Source: a virus | Virus record (IMG/VR): IMGVR_UViG_3300047160_010363 | Span: 35,983-99,982 of that record | DNA length: 64,000 nt | Reading direction: 5' to 3' (one strand) | Part shown: one piece after another, positions 10,395 to 25,037 of the stretch | Numbering within the stretch: the stretch's first letter is position 1 | Layout: the number at the start of each line of letters is the position of its first letter | The notes under the pieces: model-generated | Told to the model about the DNA's origin: nothing | The model's database searches: none | Seen by the model: the letters and a program-made list of their open reading frames with translations, nothing else | Program-made: the position numbers and the translations under genes

Positions 10395-11060
10395 ATGAGT
10401 GACAACGCCATTAAGACCCCCATAGGGTGGTCCCTGAACCAGTTTGTCGACAGCAAAACCTCAACCGCGCTCTCCTTGCTGACGAAGCAGCTGCCGTGCC
10501 ACGTGGTCAAGATTGTGTCGAGCGAGATCGTCACGGTAGCGTTCGACGTTAAAACAGATTACACCTTGCCACAAATGACGGTTCCGGTGGCCACGTCTGA
10601 ATATGTGAGGCTGCCCATACAGGTGGGTGACAAGGGCTTCTGTAAGGGTGCTGATGCATATTTGGGCGGCGTGAGCGGCCTCGGGGGCGGTACCGCTGAT
10701 CTCACGCGACGCGGTAACCTGTCAGCGTTGTGCTTTCAGCCGTTAGGAAACACCAACTGGACGACGGTCGATAACGACGCGCTGACTCTCTATGGTCCCA
10801 ATGGTGTGGTCATTGAGGATACCAAGAAGGGCACCACGATCACACTATCGCCCACGGACCTCAAGATAGTATTGAACAAGTCTGGCGACGTGACGATCAC
10901 GCTTCAGTCTGGTCATAAAGTTCAGATCGATGGCAACCTATCGGTGAGTGGAAACATCAATGCCACCGGAACCTTGACGGCTGGTACTTTCCACCATCAG
11001 CACTCCGGTGTGCAGACTGGCATGGGTGTGTCTGGTCCACCGACGCAGGGGACGTACTAG
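10395..11060 (+). CDS. Baseplate spike (gpV/gp138-like)
   Basis: LPCHVV..IVTVAFDV..EYVRLPIQVGDKG..YLGGVSGLGGG; C-terminal HHQHSGV metal-binding tip; alternative start at 10278. Confidence 0.8.
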   Translation: MSDNAIKTPIGWSLNQFVDSKTSTALSLLTKQLPCHVVKIVSSEIVTVAFDVKTDYTLPQMTVPVATSEYVRLPIQVGDKGFCKGADAYLGGVSGLGGGTADLTRRGNLSALCFQPLGNTNWTTVDNDALTLYGPNGVVIEDTKKGTTITLSPTDLKIVLNKSGDVTITLQSGHKVQIDGNLSVSGNINATGTLTAGTFHHQHSGVQTGMGVSGPPTQGTY

Positions 11061-11584
11061 ATCATTGCGGCGACAGTGTCAGGTGCTGTGGTTTTTGTTT
11101 TTGTTTTTTGTATATTATACTCAATGGCGATTTGCGATATCTCTTCTTCAGATATGTTGTCTCCCACGATGTTAGATGCGCCAACCTCTTCGCCAACCCG
11201 TGCGTAAAATCCACCCAGTTGTTTGCATTCCGCACCGGTGCACTCGCGCAATGGTTTGCCGTTAGCGGTGATGAGATCGAGCAGCCGTCGAGCAATGATA
11301 CTTTTGGCGGTAGATTTTAGCCTTTCAAATTCTTGCTCAGCCTCATCTAACTTGACCTGACGAATTTTAGCGCGATCGATTAGTTCGGCAGTTGTAGCTG
11401 GAAAAGCAGCGCTATATGCTGTAGAATAGAGCATTCCAAATATAAACTGGATCCCATCGTTTAGGTACATTTTGTTTTCAAGCATTTTCTCTTTGAAGAT
11501 AGGATATGTGTCCATTTTATCTTTGTTTGGATGGTCTTTGATTATAGATGTTAGAAGGTCAACGATCTGTGCTTTGGCGCTCAT
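11057..11584 (-). CDS. Hypothetical protein (counter-oriented insert)
   Basis: 175 aa ORF with AACCAGAGGA RBS; ATGA-coupled to the upstream - strand gene. Confidence 0.6.
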   Translation of the reverse strand: MSAKAQIVDLLTSIIKDHPNKDKMDTYPIFKEKMLENKMYLNDGIQFIFGMLYSTAYSAAFPATTAELIDRAKIRQVKLDEAEQEFERLKSTAKSIIARRLLDLITANGKPLRECTGAECKQLGGFYARVGEEVGASNIVGDNISEEEISQIAIEYNIQKTKTKTTAPDTVAAMI

Positions 11585-12339
11585 TGTAGTTCCTCTGGTT
11601 TGATGAGTCCGAGTTCCTTGATGGCGTCTATGATGGCCTTTTCGGTCATATTTAGGTGTGATGTCTTATTCTCACGAATGCGGTACTTAGTCTTTAGATC
11701 ATGTGCTTTACGAACCTTTTTATTGTGAGAGATTGAGGCCGGTGGTTTATGTGGCACTATAGGTTTATGCAGACTTAACTGACGATTAACAAGCACCCTT
11801 TCACCGTCTTTATAACGGTACCAGTCTCCATCTTGGTTAAGACGCACATCAAAGTACCCTCTATATCCCCATTTTTCTTGTATTTTATTTATAAATTTCT
11901 TGACAAAGTCGTGGTGCTTTTCTTTGCTGGTGGATGTATATTTGATTTTCTTTAGATAGCGATTTAGGAGTACATCTCCTCGATTGCGGTTTATATGTCT
12001 GGACTCTGTCATATATGTCATGACCCCCACACTGCCACGCATAAATACAGGCCGACGAGGATCGCTGCTGGGAAAAATCGTTAGGCCAATAAACGTTGAG
12101 TCGCGTGGTGGGTGGAGAGGGTCGAATATCTCTTGGTGCCACCAACTTACCTTCTTATAGACTGACGCACGGACAATTGGTACATTTGGACGGAAGTTTC
12201 TTTTTATCCATAAGTCTAACCCTTTATCTGATATTAGAGCTTCAATCTCGTCGTCGCTCAGGAGTGTAGATCCGTGATGAGTGGATATATTGAACTGACC
12301 ACAGAGCAATTCTCTGGCCTTTTGCTCCCAATCTTTCAT
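11581..12339 (-). CDS. Hypothetical basic protein (counter-oriented insert, AT-rich)
   Basis: ATG at 12339 after GGGGAGG RBS; Lys/Arg-rich. Confidence 0.6.
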   Translation of the reverse strand: MKDWEQKARELLCGQFNISTHHGSTLLSDDEIEALISDKGLDLWIKRNFRPNVPIVRASVYKKVSWWHQEIFDPLHPPRDSTFIGLTIFPSSDPRRPVFMRGSVGVMTYMTESRHINRNRGDVLLNRYLKKIKYTSTSKEKHHDFVKKFINKIQEKWGYRGYFDVRLNQDGDWYRYKDGERVLVNRQLSLHKPIVPHKPPASISHNKKVRKAHDLKTKYRIRENKTSHLNMTEKAIIDAIKELGLIKPEELQ

Positions 12340-12344
12340 AAAAC

Positions 12345-12460
12345 CTCCCCTCGTCCGGCCGATCAAGCCCGGACGCGATGACAGGGGTCGTAAAACGACA
12401 CCGGACGAAGGAAACTCTGCATTCGATGCCGCGTCTAGTGGGTTGATCGCCCCACAAGAA
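12345..12460 (-). ncRNA. Putative structured leader RNA (c4/CI antisense-like architecture)
   Basis: Hairpins GTGGG-N8-CCCAC, GTCG-N5-CGAC and TCCGG-N10-CCGGA; loops CGATCAA and TTGATCG are complementary. Confidence 0.4.
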
Positions 12461-12502
12461 TTAGAAGTTTGCACTTAACACACAGGTAAAGTAAAGCAAA
12501 AA

Positions 12503-12886
12503 ATGCGTACCTATGGTCGCGTCTCTGACGTAAATGGTAACCGCACATGGGTCGTGGTGATGACCGATGGCAACGGGTTTAACGATCTGGTGTGGATCAC
12601 GACTCTTGCTCAGTGCCTGTATCTATCACCTGGGGAGAGCCCATTTTATGCGAATTATGGCATTCCAGCCGTAGCGTCGGTGCTGACTCAAGTGTTTCCG
12701 GATTTCTACGTCAACCGCACGCAGGGACAATTCGCCAGCAAATTCGCCAGCCTCATCATCCAGCGCCAGCCGATCGTTCAGTCATCAACTCTACAGGCTC
12801 CCGTGCCCACGTACAACATCGGTGTTGTCACGCACGCGGGAGCGCAGCTTCCGCCGATCACCATACCGACGAGCATCCCAGTTTAA
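12503..12886 (+). CDS. Baseplate wedge/sheath initiator (gpW/gp25-like)
   Basis: MRTYGR..W..V.TD..G.ND.VWITTL.Q.L.L..GESPFYANYGIPA; lies between spike and J-like gene. Confidence 0.7.
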   Translation: MRTYGRVSDVNGNRTWVVVMTDGNGFNDLVWITTLAQCLYLSPGESPFYANYGIPAVASVLTQVFPDFYVNRTQGQFASKFASLIIQRQPIVQSSTLQAPVPTYNIGVVTHAGAQLPPITIPTSIPV

Positions 12887-13068
12887 AACCGTCGTTGTGA
12901 ATTCTCTAATAGAGCCGCCAAAATATCAGTAACACTGGCGTGTTTCGGGAGGTGTATGGATCGTTTTTCGGCGATATTTCTAAGGTACTGGTTCAACCAC
13001 CGGACTAGCGGAAATGGCGCTGCTATAATAAAGGCAGCCAACCACAGTTTGATGTTTTCTATAGTCAT
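12883..13068 (-). CDS. Small membrane protein
   Basis: 61 aa with one TM segment. Confidence 0.45.
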   Translation of the reverse strand: MTIENIKLWLAAFIIAAPFPLVRWLNQYLRNIAEKRSIHLPKHASVTDILAALLENSQRRF

Positions 13069-13094
13069 GAGTCAGATTTTTCCATTTCAATGAG

Positions 13095-13241
13095 TTACTC
13101 TTTGGTTTTCCCCTTGTATCTCGTTCGCTTCTGCCAGGCGCGCACTTTGCAGCTTGATGAGCAGTACTTCTGTTTCCAGCGTTTGCGTCGCACCACTTGT
13201 CTGCACTCTTGGCATGTGAGGTTGCCCATCTTTATGGCCAT
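13095..13241 (-). CDS. Small Zn-finger protein (48 aa)
   Basis: Manual translation MAIKMGNLTCQECRQ..QKYCSSSCKVRAW; CxxC..YCSxxC. Confidence 0.5.
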   Translation of the reverse strand: MAIKMGNLTCQECRQVVRRKRWKQKYCSSSCKVRAWQKRTRYKGKTKE

Positions 13242-13248
13242 AGAAATT

Positions 13249-13277
13249 ATTTTACCCTTTTACTGTTCTAGTGTAAA
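13249..13277 (-). promoter_or_regulatory. Sigma70-like promoter
   Basis: TTTACA-17 bp-TAAAAT with GG before the -10 box. Confidence 0.6.
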
Positions 13278-13344
13278 GTCTATTTATAAGTTATTCCCGC
13301 TCATCCTACGCGCTCCCACGCGCTCCCACGAAGCGGTTTAAAGC

Positions 13345-14778
13345 GTGAGCGGCCTCCCACCTGCAGTAACGTTCACAGACGCTGGCCCGCAGCCACAATC
13401 TCCAGCTTCCATACGCCTGCAAATCGTTAATGCTGTCGCGGCTGTCGATCCGGGATTCACGGACAACCTGCCTGGGTCGCTGATCGAGGACATAGTCTCG
13501 ACCGATGTTGCGGCGGTCGCCCAGTGCGACCAGGCGCGCGTTGACTTGATTAACTCGGTATCGCCGCTCGCTGCTAACCCATATGTTCTTGGTCAGCTGG
13601 GGCAAGTCTATGGCGTCCCGTTGGGAGTTGGCAGCAATACGTCGGTTAACGTGATCTTTTCGTCCAGTCCAGCCGCTCCAGGGTTCGTGATCCAACCTGG
13701 TTTTGTGGTTTCAGACGGCACCCATCAGTATACTGTCCAAGATGGCGGCGTTCTGGGCTCCAACGGCAGCTCCCCAGAGTTGTTTGCGCTCGCCGGTGTA
13801 AGCGGAACTTGGGCGGTGCCTCCCAACACCGTGACCCAGCTAGTGACCTCGGTTCCAACTGGTGTGAATCTTTCTGTCACCAATCCGCTTGGAGGGATAC
13901 CGGGGCAGGCGGGTCAGACGGTTGAATCTTACCAGTCGCAAGTCCTTCAAGCTGGACTTTCGTCGAGCCAGGGGGTTGAGCGCTACGTGCGCACGATGGT
14001 GCTTGGAGTTCAGGGGGTTCAGCAGCGTCTGGTTTCGATCCGCCAGCTCCCCGTTGGTTGGGAGGTGATAGTTGGCGGCGGCGATGTGTACGCTGTCGGC
14101 TACGCTATATTTACGGGCATCGGAGCGGGTTTGCCACTGCTTGTCGGTTCCACGCTTTTCATCACCAACATCACACAATCCCCCAATGGGCAGGTGACCA
14201 CTCAGCTCAATCATGAATATGTGTCTGGTCAGATCGTAACCATCAACGACGTTCAGGGCATGACTGAGGTCAACGGCCTGAACTTTACAGTCACGGTTAT
14301 AGACCAGAGGAACTTTCTGCTCAATATATCCACAGCCGGGTTTGCTGCGTACACGATTGGTGGGCAGGTGACGCCTAACCTCCGCAATGTGGCCGTGCAG
14401 ATACTCGATTATCCGGACACGTACACTGTGCCGTATGTCTTACCACCTGAGCAGGTCGTCACAGTCACTGCAACTTGGAATACGACTCTACCAGGGTTTG
14501 TTCAGGGATCAACTGTGAATATCTTGGCGGCGCCAGCTGTCCAAGCTTACATTAATACAGTGTCGGTTGGCGCCCCCATACTCGTTTACCTTATGGAGGA
14601 GGCATTCTCAAACGCAGTGGCCTCAGTGCTTCCGCCACAGTTCTTGACGCGTTTGATATTCCAAGTCTACATCAACGGCATATATACACCAGCACTGCCC
14701 GGCACTCAGGAGGTCATTGGCGACGCGGAGAGTTACTTCTTTGCCGCTGACGGGTCGGTCAACGTAGTGCAGGGTTGA
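13345..14778 (+). CDS. Baseplate J-like protein with FCCH-like insertion
   Basis: NLPGSLIEDI.ST..INS.SP..AN..LGQ.YG..NTSV.V.F; insert ITNITQ..NH.Y.SG..V.I.DV.GMTEVNG. Confidence 0.85.
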   Translation: MSGLPPAVTFTDAGPQPQSPASIRLQIVNAVAAVDPGFTDNLPGSLIEDIVSTDVAAVAQCDQARVDLINSVSPLAANPYVLGQLGQVYGVPLGVGSNTSVNVIFSSSPAAPGFVIQPGFVVSDGTHQYTVQDGGVLGSNGSSPELFALAGVSGTWAVPPNTVTQLVTSVPTGVNLSVTNPLGGIPGQAGQTVESYQSQVLQAGLSSSQGVERYVRTMVLGVQGVQQRLVSIRQLPVGWEVIVGGGDVYAVGYAIFTGIGAGLPLLVGSTLFITNITQSPNGQVTTQLNHEYVSGQIVTINDVQGMTEVNGLNFTVTVIDQRNFLLNISTAGFAAYTIGGQVTPNLRNVAVQILDYPDTYTVPYVLPPEQVVTVTATWNTTLPGFVQGSTVNILAAPAVQAYINTVSVGAPILVYLMEEAFSNAVASVLPPQFLTRLIFQVYINGIYTPALPGTQEVIGDAESYFFAADGSVNVVQG

Positions 14779-14784
14779 GGATCT

Positions 14785-15096
14785 TCAGGATTTGTGAATT
14801 CTTTCAGATATGATAGTAGGATATAGGTCATAGGCTTCATTTGGATAGGCATAAATCATGAAATCAATTGGTTGCCAATAAAAACCGTATTCCGATTTGG
14901 GATCTATCTGAATTCTAGCAGTCAATTTGATCCAACAATCGGTTGGATCAAATGCAATTTTCCGAGGTAATGATCCCCATAACATGATATTTTCAGTAGT
15001 TTTAATGAGCATTTTGGGGCAGATCCATGTATCTTTATCCATGTTAAAGGTGCGCACTTTACGCACTATACCGCTAATCTTGCTACGATTTAACAT
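14785..15096 (-). CDS. Hypothetical protein (counter-oriented, AT-rich)
   Basis: 103 aa ORF with GAGGA RBS. Confidence 0.5.
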   Translation of the reverse strand: MLNRSKISGIVRKVRTFNMDKDTWICPKMLIKTTENIMLWGSLPRKIAFDPTDCWIKLTARIQIDPKSEYGFYWQPIDFMIYAYPNEAYDLYPTIISERIHKS

Positions 15097-15243
15097 TTAG
15101 ATTGTTTCCTCTTTTATGGGATCGTGCTCTTTGTGCCAAATTAAGCGGCTATTTATGATGCTGGCGAGCGCGGCGACTGAGTTGTCCAGTTGGCGCACTA
15201 TTTCAACCAGTTCGCGCATTATGGCGATCTCTTCAGTAGTCAT
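15097..15243 (-). CDS. Small hypothetical protein (48 aa)
   Basis: Manual translation MTTEEIAIMRELVEIV..; its stop abuts the start of 14785-15096. Confidence 0.35.
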   Translation of the reverse strand: MTTEEIAIMRELVEIVRQLDNSVAALASIINSRLIWHKEHDPIKEETI

Positions 15244-15246
15244 TTA

Positions 15247-16008
15247 ATGACAACCTTTATCACAGGGTTTACACCTTCAGGTCAGCCCGTTTTTTCGATG
15301 GACTCGCCTGGCCTACCGTTAGTCATACCGAGCTATCTCTACACCTGGTACCAAGATGACGACGACCTTCAAGCGTTCGTCGCAACGTACAACAGCATGA
15401 CCCAGACGTATGTAAATTGGTTTAATCAGATCGGTCTGCCTATCTACCCGGGAGTGCTTATCGTCGGTTCGTTGCTCGATTGGGTGGCTGAAGGCATCTA
15501 CGGGTACACGCGACTGGCCGGTATGTCGGACGATATACTGAAGAGGACGCTCACCTGGCTGTTCTACAAAGGGGACGGTAAGTACTTCAACGTAGTGTGG
15601 TTGAAGCGGCGAGTCATGCGGTTCTTGGAAGGTATAAACGGCACAGACCAGGGTACCGCCACCACGTACCAGGTGTCTGTTTCTTTTGGTGCTGGTTATA
15701 AGGTAACCATCAACGCTTTCAAACAGGATGTCGTCGACGCGACTTATGACGGGCAGGGGTATTCCAATCAGGTATTTCCAAACGGCACGTCCCAATCTGT
15801 ACCGTTTGGCTTTCCGAACCTCTACAGCAATTGCTGCTATAATGGTAATCCTCCAGCACTGATACTCAACCCCACCGAGGTTCCAGTCAATAATGCTTGG
15901 ACGATAGCTCTATTGGCACCATTTACTAACAACATGGATCTCCAGTCCGGCATTGCGAATGGGTCCCTGGAGACGCCATTCCAGCTTCAGTTCAACGTAA
16001 CGATATGA
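15247..16008 (+). CDS. Baseplate wedge protein (gpI-like)
   Basis: IPSYLY..YQDDDDLQAFV..YN..LLDWVAEGIYG..DD..KR.LTW..YKGDG..F...WLKRR; exact start uncertain. Confidence 0.7.
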   Translation: MTTFITGFTPSGQPVFSMDSPGLPLVIPSYLYTWYQDDDDLQAFVATYNSMTQTYVNWFNQIGLPIYPGVLIVGSLLDWVAEGIYGYTRLAGMSDDILKRTLTWLFYKGDGKYFNVVWLKRRVMRFLEGINGTDQGTATTYQVSVSFGAGYKVTINAFKQDVVDATYDGQGYSNQVFPNGTSQSVPFGFPNLYSNCCYNGNPPALILNPTEVPVNNAWTIALLAPFTNNMDLQSGIANGSLETPFQLQFNVTI

Positions 16009-16096
16009 ACTGCTTGAATAGAATGCGATCAATCTCGTAATCCTCATCCTCGTATGACCATAGCATTGTGTCTTTTGCAGTCATGGAGATTTCCTC

Positions 16097-16342
16097 ATGC
16101 CACTAAACCGTTCCGATCCACCAGTAAGCGAAGCCGAGCGTCGCGCCATGCGAGCAGCTGCAAGTGGCAACTCGACACTTGGTATCCCGAAGTCGGTCGG
16201 GAAAGAGTTCTCTGAGGCCGACCCTGGCGGCAAGCTGCCAGAGCACAAGGACGATGATTGCTCATCGTACCTCGACGCTGCTAGTAGGGGCGACTCGGCT
16301 GGGATGGTGAAGCACCGTGACGCTATGCTGAAGAAGAGGTAG
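16097..16342 (+). CDS. Small conserved phage protein
   Basis: [25 protein letters not shown] motif; GGAGA RBS. Confidence 0.55.
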   Translation: MPLNRSDPPVSEAERRAMRAAASGNSTLGIPKSVGKEFSEADPGGKLPEHKDDDCSSYLDAASRGDSAGMVKHRDAMLKKR

Positions 16343-16706
16343 CAAGTCTCTCCAAAACTTGGCGCACTGTTGCTAGCCGCTGCTCCGGGGTGCAGTTTGC
16401 GTTCTCGTCAATCAGCGTGGTGGCCTTGCCGGTGCGCCAGTCAGGTACGGTTGTAATGACGACGTCGATGCTCTTGCCAACACGGCGCTCGACATAACCA
16501 CCATAGGCATTGCGTGCCCAGCCTCCGCTCTCGACCTTATTCCAGGTCATAAACGCCTTGGTCTTGCCGGTGTGTTTGCCGCGCACATAACGTGGCAGTG
16601 CGTCTACCAGTTCCTGGCCAAATCGGCGAACGGCCATGTCGTAGCCGAAGGCGGTGTGCAGGAAAGCGGTGTGTGTGGTTATATGTGCTCTTGGGGGGCG
16701 ACTCAT
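16323..16706 (-). CDS. Hypothetical protein (counter-oriented)
   Basis: Preceded by AACCAGAGGAG leader. Confidence 0.6.
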   Translation of the reverse strand: MSRPPRAHITTHTAFLHTAFGYDMAVRRFGQELVDALPRYVRGKHTGKTKAFMTWNKVESGGWARNAYGGYVERRVGKSIDVVITTVPDWRTGKATTLIDENANCTPEQRLATVRQVLERLATSSSA

Positions 16707-16727
16707 GGGTCATCTCCTCTGGTTAAC

Positions 16728-16958
16728 TCATACCGGGAAGCGCCGGCAGAAGCGCCGGGCGGCCACGAACTGCGGGTTGTCGATCAGGCCGTTGTGGAGA
16801 TTGCCGAAGGCACCGAGCAGGATATTAGCGGCTTGAAAGTAGCCGTTGGCCTCCCGAATGAGGCTCTCCGCCTTTTGGACGTTTGGCTCAGAAGCAACTT
16901 GGTCGGCGAGAAGGTGACCGTCTGCCAGGAGCTGAAGGATAGTTTGGGTTGGGGACAT
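16728..16958 (-). CDS. Hypothetical protein (counter-oriented)
   Basis: Preceded by AACCAGAGGAG leader and a promoter. Confidence 0.55.
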   Translation of the reverse strand: MSPTQTILQLLADGHLLADQVASEPNVQKAESLIREANGYFQAANILLGAFGNLHNGLIDNPQFVAARRFCRRFPV

Positions 16959-16988
16959 TTTGAGTCATCTCCTCTGGTTAACAAAAGC

Positions 16989-17017
16989 ATTTTACCTCCT
17001 TCTATCAAAGAAGTAAA
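16989..17017 (-). promoter_or_regulatory. Sigma70-like promoter
   Basis: TTTACT-17 bp-TAAAAT with GG before the -10 box. Confidence 0.65.
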
Positions 17018-17118
17018 CAAAAAAGTGATGGGTCAATGAGGATTTTTGGAGAAAAATATGCGAGGTAAATCAAGTGTTTAACGCATATCCAACCAGCGCG
17101 AGCTACGCGAGCTGACGC

Positions 17119-21909
<4,791 letters not shown>

Positions 21910-21913
<4 letters not shown>

Positions 21914-23340
21914 TGCGGATTGGCATAAGAGTGTTGCGTAAGTGTGTCGCGCTATGTGGTGTTTTATTTATTTGCGGCACTGCCATCACTACATTGGCAC
22001 TCCAAGGCGGTGGGGGCATGCTCGTTGGTGGAGCATCGTTATTACCGCATATTATCAATATACTGATGTTAGGTACGTCATTCACAATCGGTACCGCGAG
22101 CACAATCGGTACCGCGACCGTGAATGTAAGTACAGGCACTCCAATTCCCACCTTCTCGCTTGCGACTACAGCGGGCTGCACTAACTACGCCGGGCACATA
22201 ACGATCAATAGCAGTTCCGGTGTAGTCTCCTATGACGGGAATAGTGGCGTCGGTTCTGGGACGCTTTGCGTGGTGGATACCGATGCGCAAGCTAAGGTGA
22301 CGAATAGCCCATTCACACAAATGATCGGTCTAACTGGACAGTCAGTATCAACAGGTGGTGTGTGTGACAACCCCACGGTCCCCCGCCCTGCCAACGCGGT
22401 CGGGTTCACGACCCTTGCTTATTGCGTCGATTGGTCAACGCCGCAAGGTAGCACAAATAATGTCACGCAAAAAGGGGTGGCACAGTCCATAGACTGGTCA
22501 AACCGCGCGCTATGGCTTAATTGTGCAGGTGCATCAGGCAGCGCAATTCAATGGATTGCAGACACCAGTCAGACAGCAAATCTCTGTTCCGGCATCCTCG
22601 TCATGACCGATCCGTCTGTCAACAAGCCTGCTTTGCGGCTACAAATCACTCCCGCCGACGGAGCGGTAATTCCACTCATTGATACCATGCAGCAAGGATG
22701 CCCTTCGGGGAAATGCGCCGAGGTATTCCCGACTACCAATGCTTATTACGAAGTCTCTCTAGCCCGGCCATCAACCAATTTCGCTGGCACCGGAGTCGGC
22801 ACCGACATCGATGTGTTCGCTGGATGGCGGAACTTTAATGAAACCGGGAATCCGGCGCTAGAGATAGACTTCATCGAGTCCTTCGGCACCCATGGTAATC
22901 AAGGATGCGTAAATTATATTGTCGCTATTCACAACTGGGCTGACTCCCAAAATGGAAATGGAATAGCTGGAGTTAGTGGTTGGCCGAGCCCACCGTGTGT
23001 GACGGACACTAATTATCACACGTACAGCACTTTGATCGCGTCAAACCGCAGCAATTTGCTGTCCGCGTGCTGGTATTTTGACACAACATCAGTGAAAAGC
23101 AGTTGCACCGTTGGCGTGTCCACGGTCAGTGCAGGGTCTTTTACTCAAGAGGGCAACGCGATCATAGCTGGGCCGGGGACGGGGCATTATGGGGCTGATG
23201 GCCCTGTGACAGCGACCGCCACCATCTGGGTCGCCTGGCTGCGAGTGTGGTCATGTGCTGGATGGAATTCCACTCCAAACACTCTAATCACGACAACGAA
23301 TTCGTGTTCCGTCAGTTCTCCCCCATCGAGCCCGCCATGA
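21910..23340 (+). CDS. Secreted-type protein with GH16/ConA-like domain
   Basis: Hydrophobic N-terminus; LEIDFIESFG (E-x-D-x-x-E), YHTYS, W.RVW. Confidence 0.5.
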
Positions 23341-23393
23341 GAAATTATCCATTTGTCGATTAAGCTCTATGCGAGTATCATGGTGTTCTGGAT

Positions 23394-23714
23394 ATGGTTT
23401 TTCATAACGCAGTAATGGGCATGACGAGAAATGAACCATTGTCTGGTTTACGGTTCTGCAAGCTGATCCTGGTGTGGATCAGCAGTATAGTGCTCTTGGA
23501 CGGTGTGATGTGGGGAGCGTATTTCCTTGGGTGGGAGAATATAACTCCGCCCGAATATGCAGATCTATTACTCCAAGACCTTTCCCACACTAGCACTCCC
23601 CTCCCCACTCAGCAGAAGTCTGTTGTAACGTGTACTTATCCAACCCTTCCGCCTCTGGCACGCGCGGCGGGATTTACGATCCTTCCTGAGTGTACCAATC
23701 AAATTCACCCCTAG
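23394..23714 (+). CDS. Membrane-anchored hypothetical protein
   Basis: One TM segment followed by a Cys pair. Confidence 0.45.
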   Translation: MVFHNAVMGMTRNEPLSGLRFCKLILVWISSIVLLDGVMWGAYFLGWENITPPEYADLLLQDLSHTSTPLPTQQKSVVTCTYPTLPPLARAAGFTILPECTNQIHP

Positions 23715-23715
23715 C

Positions 23716-24624
23716 ATGACGCGGCGCTATGTTGCATGGCTGTGGTTGCTTAGCGGCGCGCCGATTGGATTGGCGCTCATCTTTCTCCCCCCCGCGGTGC
23801 GGTTGTGGATCTTCGCCCTTTTCGTCCTGCTGGATACGGGCCATTCGCTCTCGCCGATCATCCTCGCGTGGACACATCGGGAGTTCCGTAGGCAGGTAAT
23901 CTACCCTCAGCCGGCCAAATTCCTACTGCTACCGGGGCTGATCGCGGGCGTGGCCGTTTTGATCGGCATCGCCACACAAGCGGGGTGGACATCCTTCCAA
24001 CCAGGGCTGGGGGCCTACATTCGGATCACTGGGTGGCGCAATCCGCTTCCGCTCTTGGTATGGGTCTATTCGGCGTGGAACCTATACCACTTTGGGATGC
24101 AAAATTATGGCGTGGCATCGCTTTTGTTGCAGGTTAATCGAGCCCGATCCAGTAGCTCACATGGAAGTTATAGCGGTTCTGTTGTTGGCTTTTTGCGTTT
24201 ACGCAATCGTTGCGCTTTGAAGTGGTTTTGCCTTATCGGGTTCCTCGTTATCTACTTCGTGGTGAGCGGCATTAACGTGCTTGGGTTTTGGTGGATACCG
24301 GGACTTGATCAGGATATCTGGTGGCTCGGGCCGCTGGTCCTGTCCGGCATGCTGTCGGCCAACCACTGGATCGTGGACATTGGTCTCTCTGCGCGGGTGC
24401 GAGGCTGGTGGTTCCCCATCGTCGTGCTCGCGGCTGGGATGATCGGGTTTGTGTGGCTCGTACCGACCCCCAATGAACGGCTGATTCGGACAATACCGGC
24501 CATCGTCTGCGTGCCAATGGCCCTCGGATTTATGCATTTCCTCTATAGCCGGTGGGTCTGGCAATTCAGCGACCCGCGAGTGCGAGCGACAATCGGCCGT
24601 GATCTTGTGGCTCGGCCAGCGTGA
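23716..24624 (+). CDS. Polytopic membrane protein with His motifs
   Basis: About 7 hydrophobic segments; DTGH, YHFGMQNYG, NHW, HFLYSRWVW. Confidence 0.6.
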   Translation: MTRRYVAWLWLLSGAPIGLALIFLPPAVRLWIFALFVLLDTGHSLSPIILAWTHREFRRQVIYPQPAKFLLLPGLIAGVAVLIGIATQAGWTSFQPGLGAYIRITGWRNPLPLLVWVYSAWNLYHFGMQNYGVASLLLQVNRARSSSSHGSYSGSVVGFLRLRNRCALKWFCLIGFLVIYFVVSGINVLGFWWIPGLDQDIWWLGPLVLSGMLSANHWIVDIGLSARVRGWWFPIVVLAAGMIGFVWLVPTPNERLIRTIPAIVCVPMALGFMHFLYSRWVWQFSDPRVRATIGRDLVARPA

Positions 24625-24728
24625 CCACCGGGCCGAGTCCCTCGTAGGAGCGTTAATGTCTGTTCTCATAGCTCGCCACGAAGTGCGCGAGCCGCTGGTT
24701 GCAGTGGACCTAATGGAATGGACTTTCA

Positions 24729-25037
24729 ATGCCAAGAGAAGATTTTCGCGCGTTGCCCGAGCGACCGATTGATGCACTGCGACGACATGAAACAGCCATT
24801 CGATTGCTCGAAGAGAACGCAGAAGATCAGAATAGCGTTAATGAACAGTTGCGCAATGAGGTTTGCTTGCTCCGTGAGTCTATTTTGACTGACAGAGTTA
24901 GATGGGCAACTCTTGGAAAAGTCGGACGGTTCGTATGGAAGTCCGCTCTTTATGGCGGTGCAGCAGCAGCAGGTTGGGCGTGGAACCATTCTGACAAGAT
25001 TTGGTCATTCTTCCATCAGACAGACTCAAGGTCCTAA
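24729..25037 (+). CDS. Coiled-coil/TM protein in the lysis region
   Basis: Coiled-coil N-terminus, hydrophobic C-terminus. Confidence 0.45.
   Translation: MPREDFRALPERPIDALRRHETAIRLLEENAEDQNSVNEQLRNEVCLLRESILTDRVRWATLGKVGRFVWKSALYGGAAAAGWAWNHSDKIWSFFHQTDSRS

Noticed and set aside
12465-12495. TTTACT -35 box upstream of the structured leader
   Set aside because: The -10 match is poor (CAAACT at 18-bp spacing), so it is not listed as a promoter.
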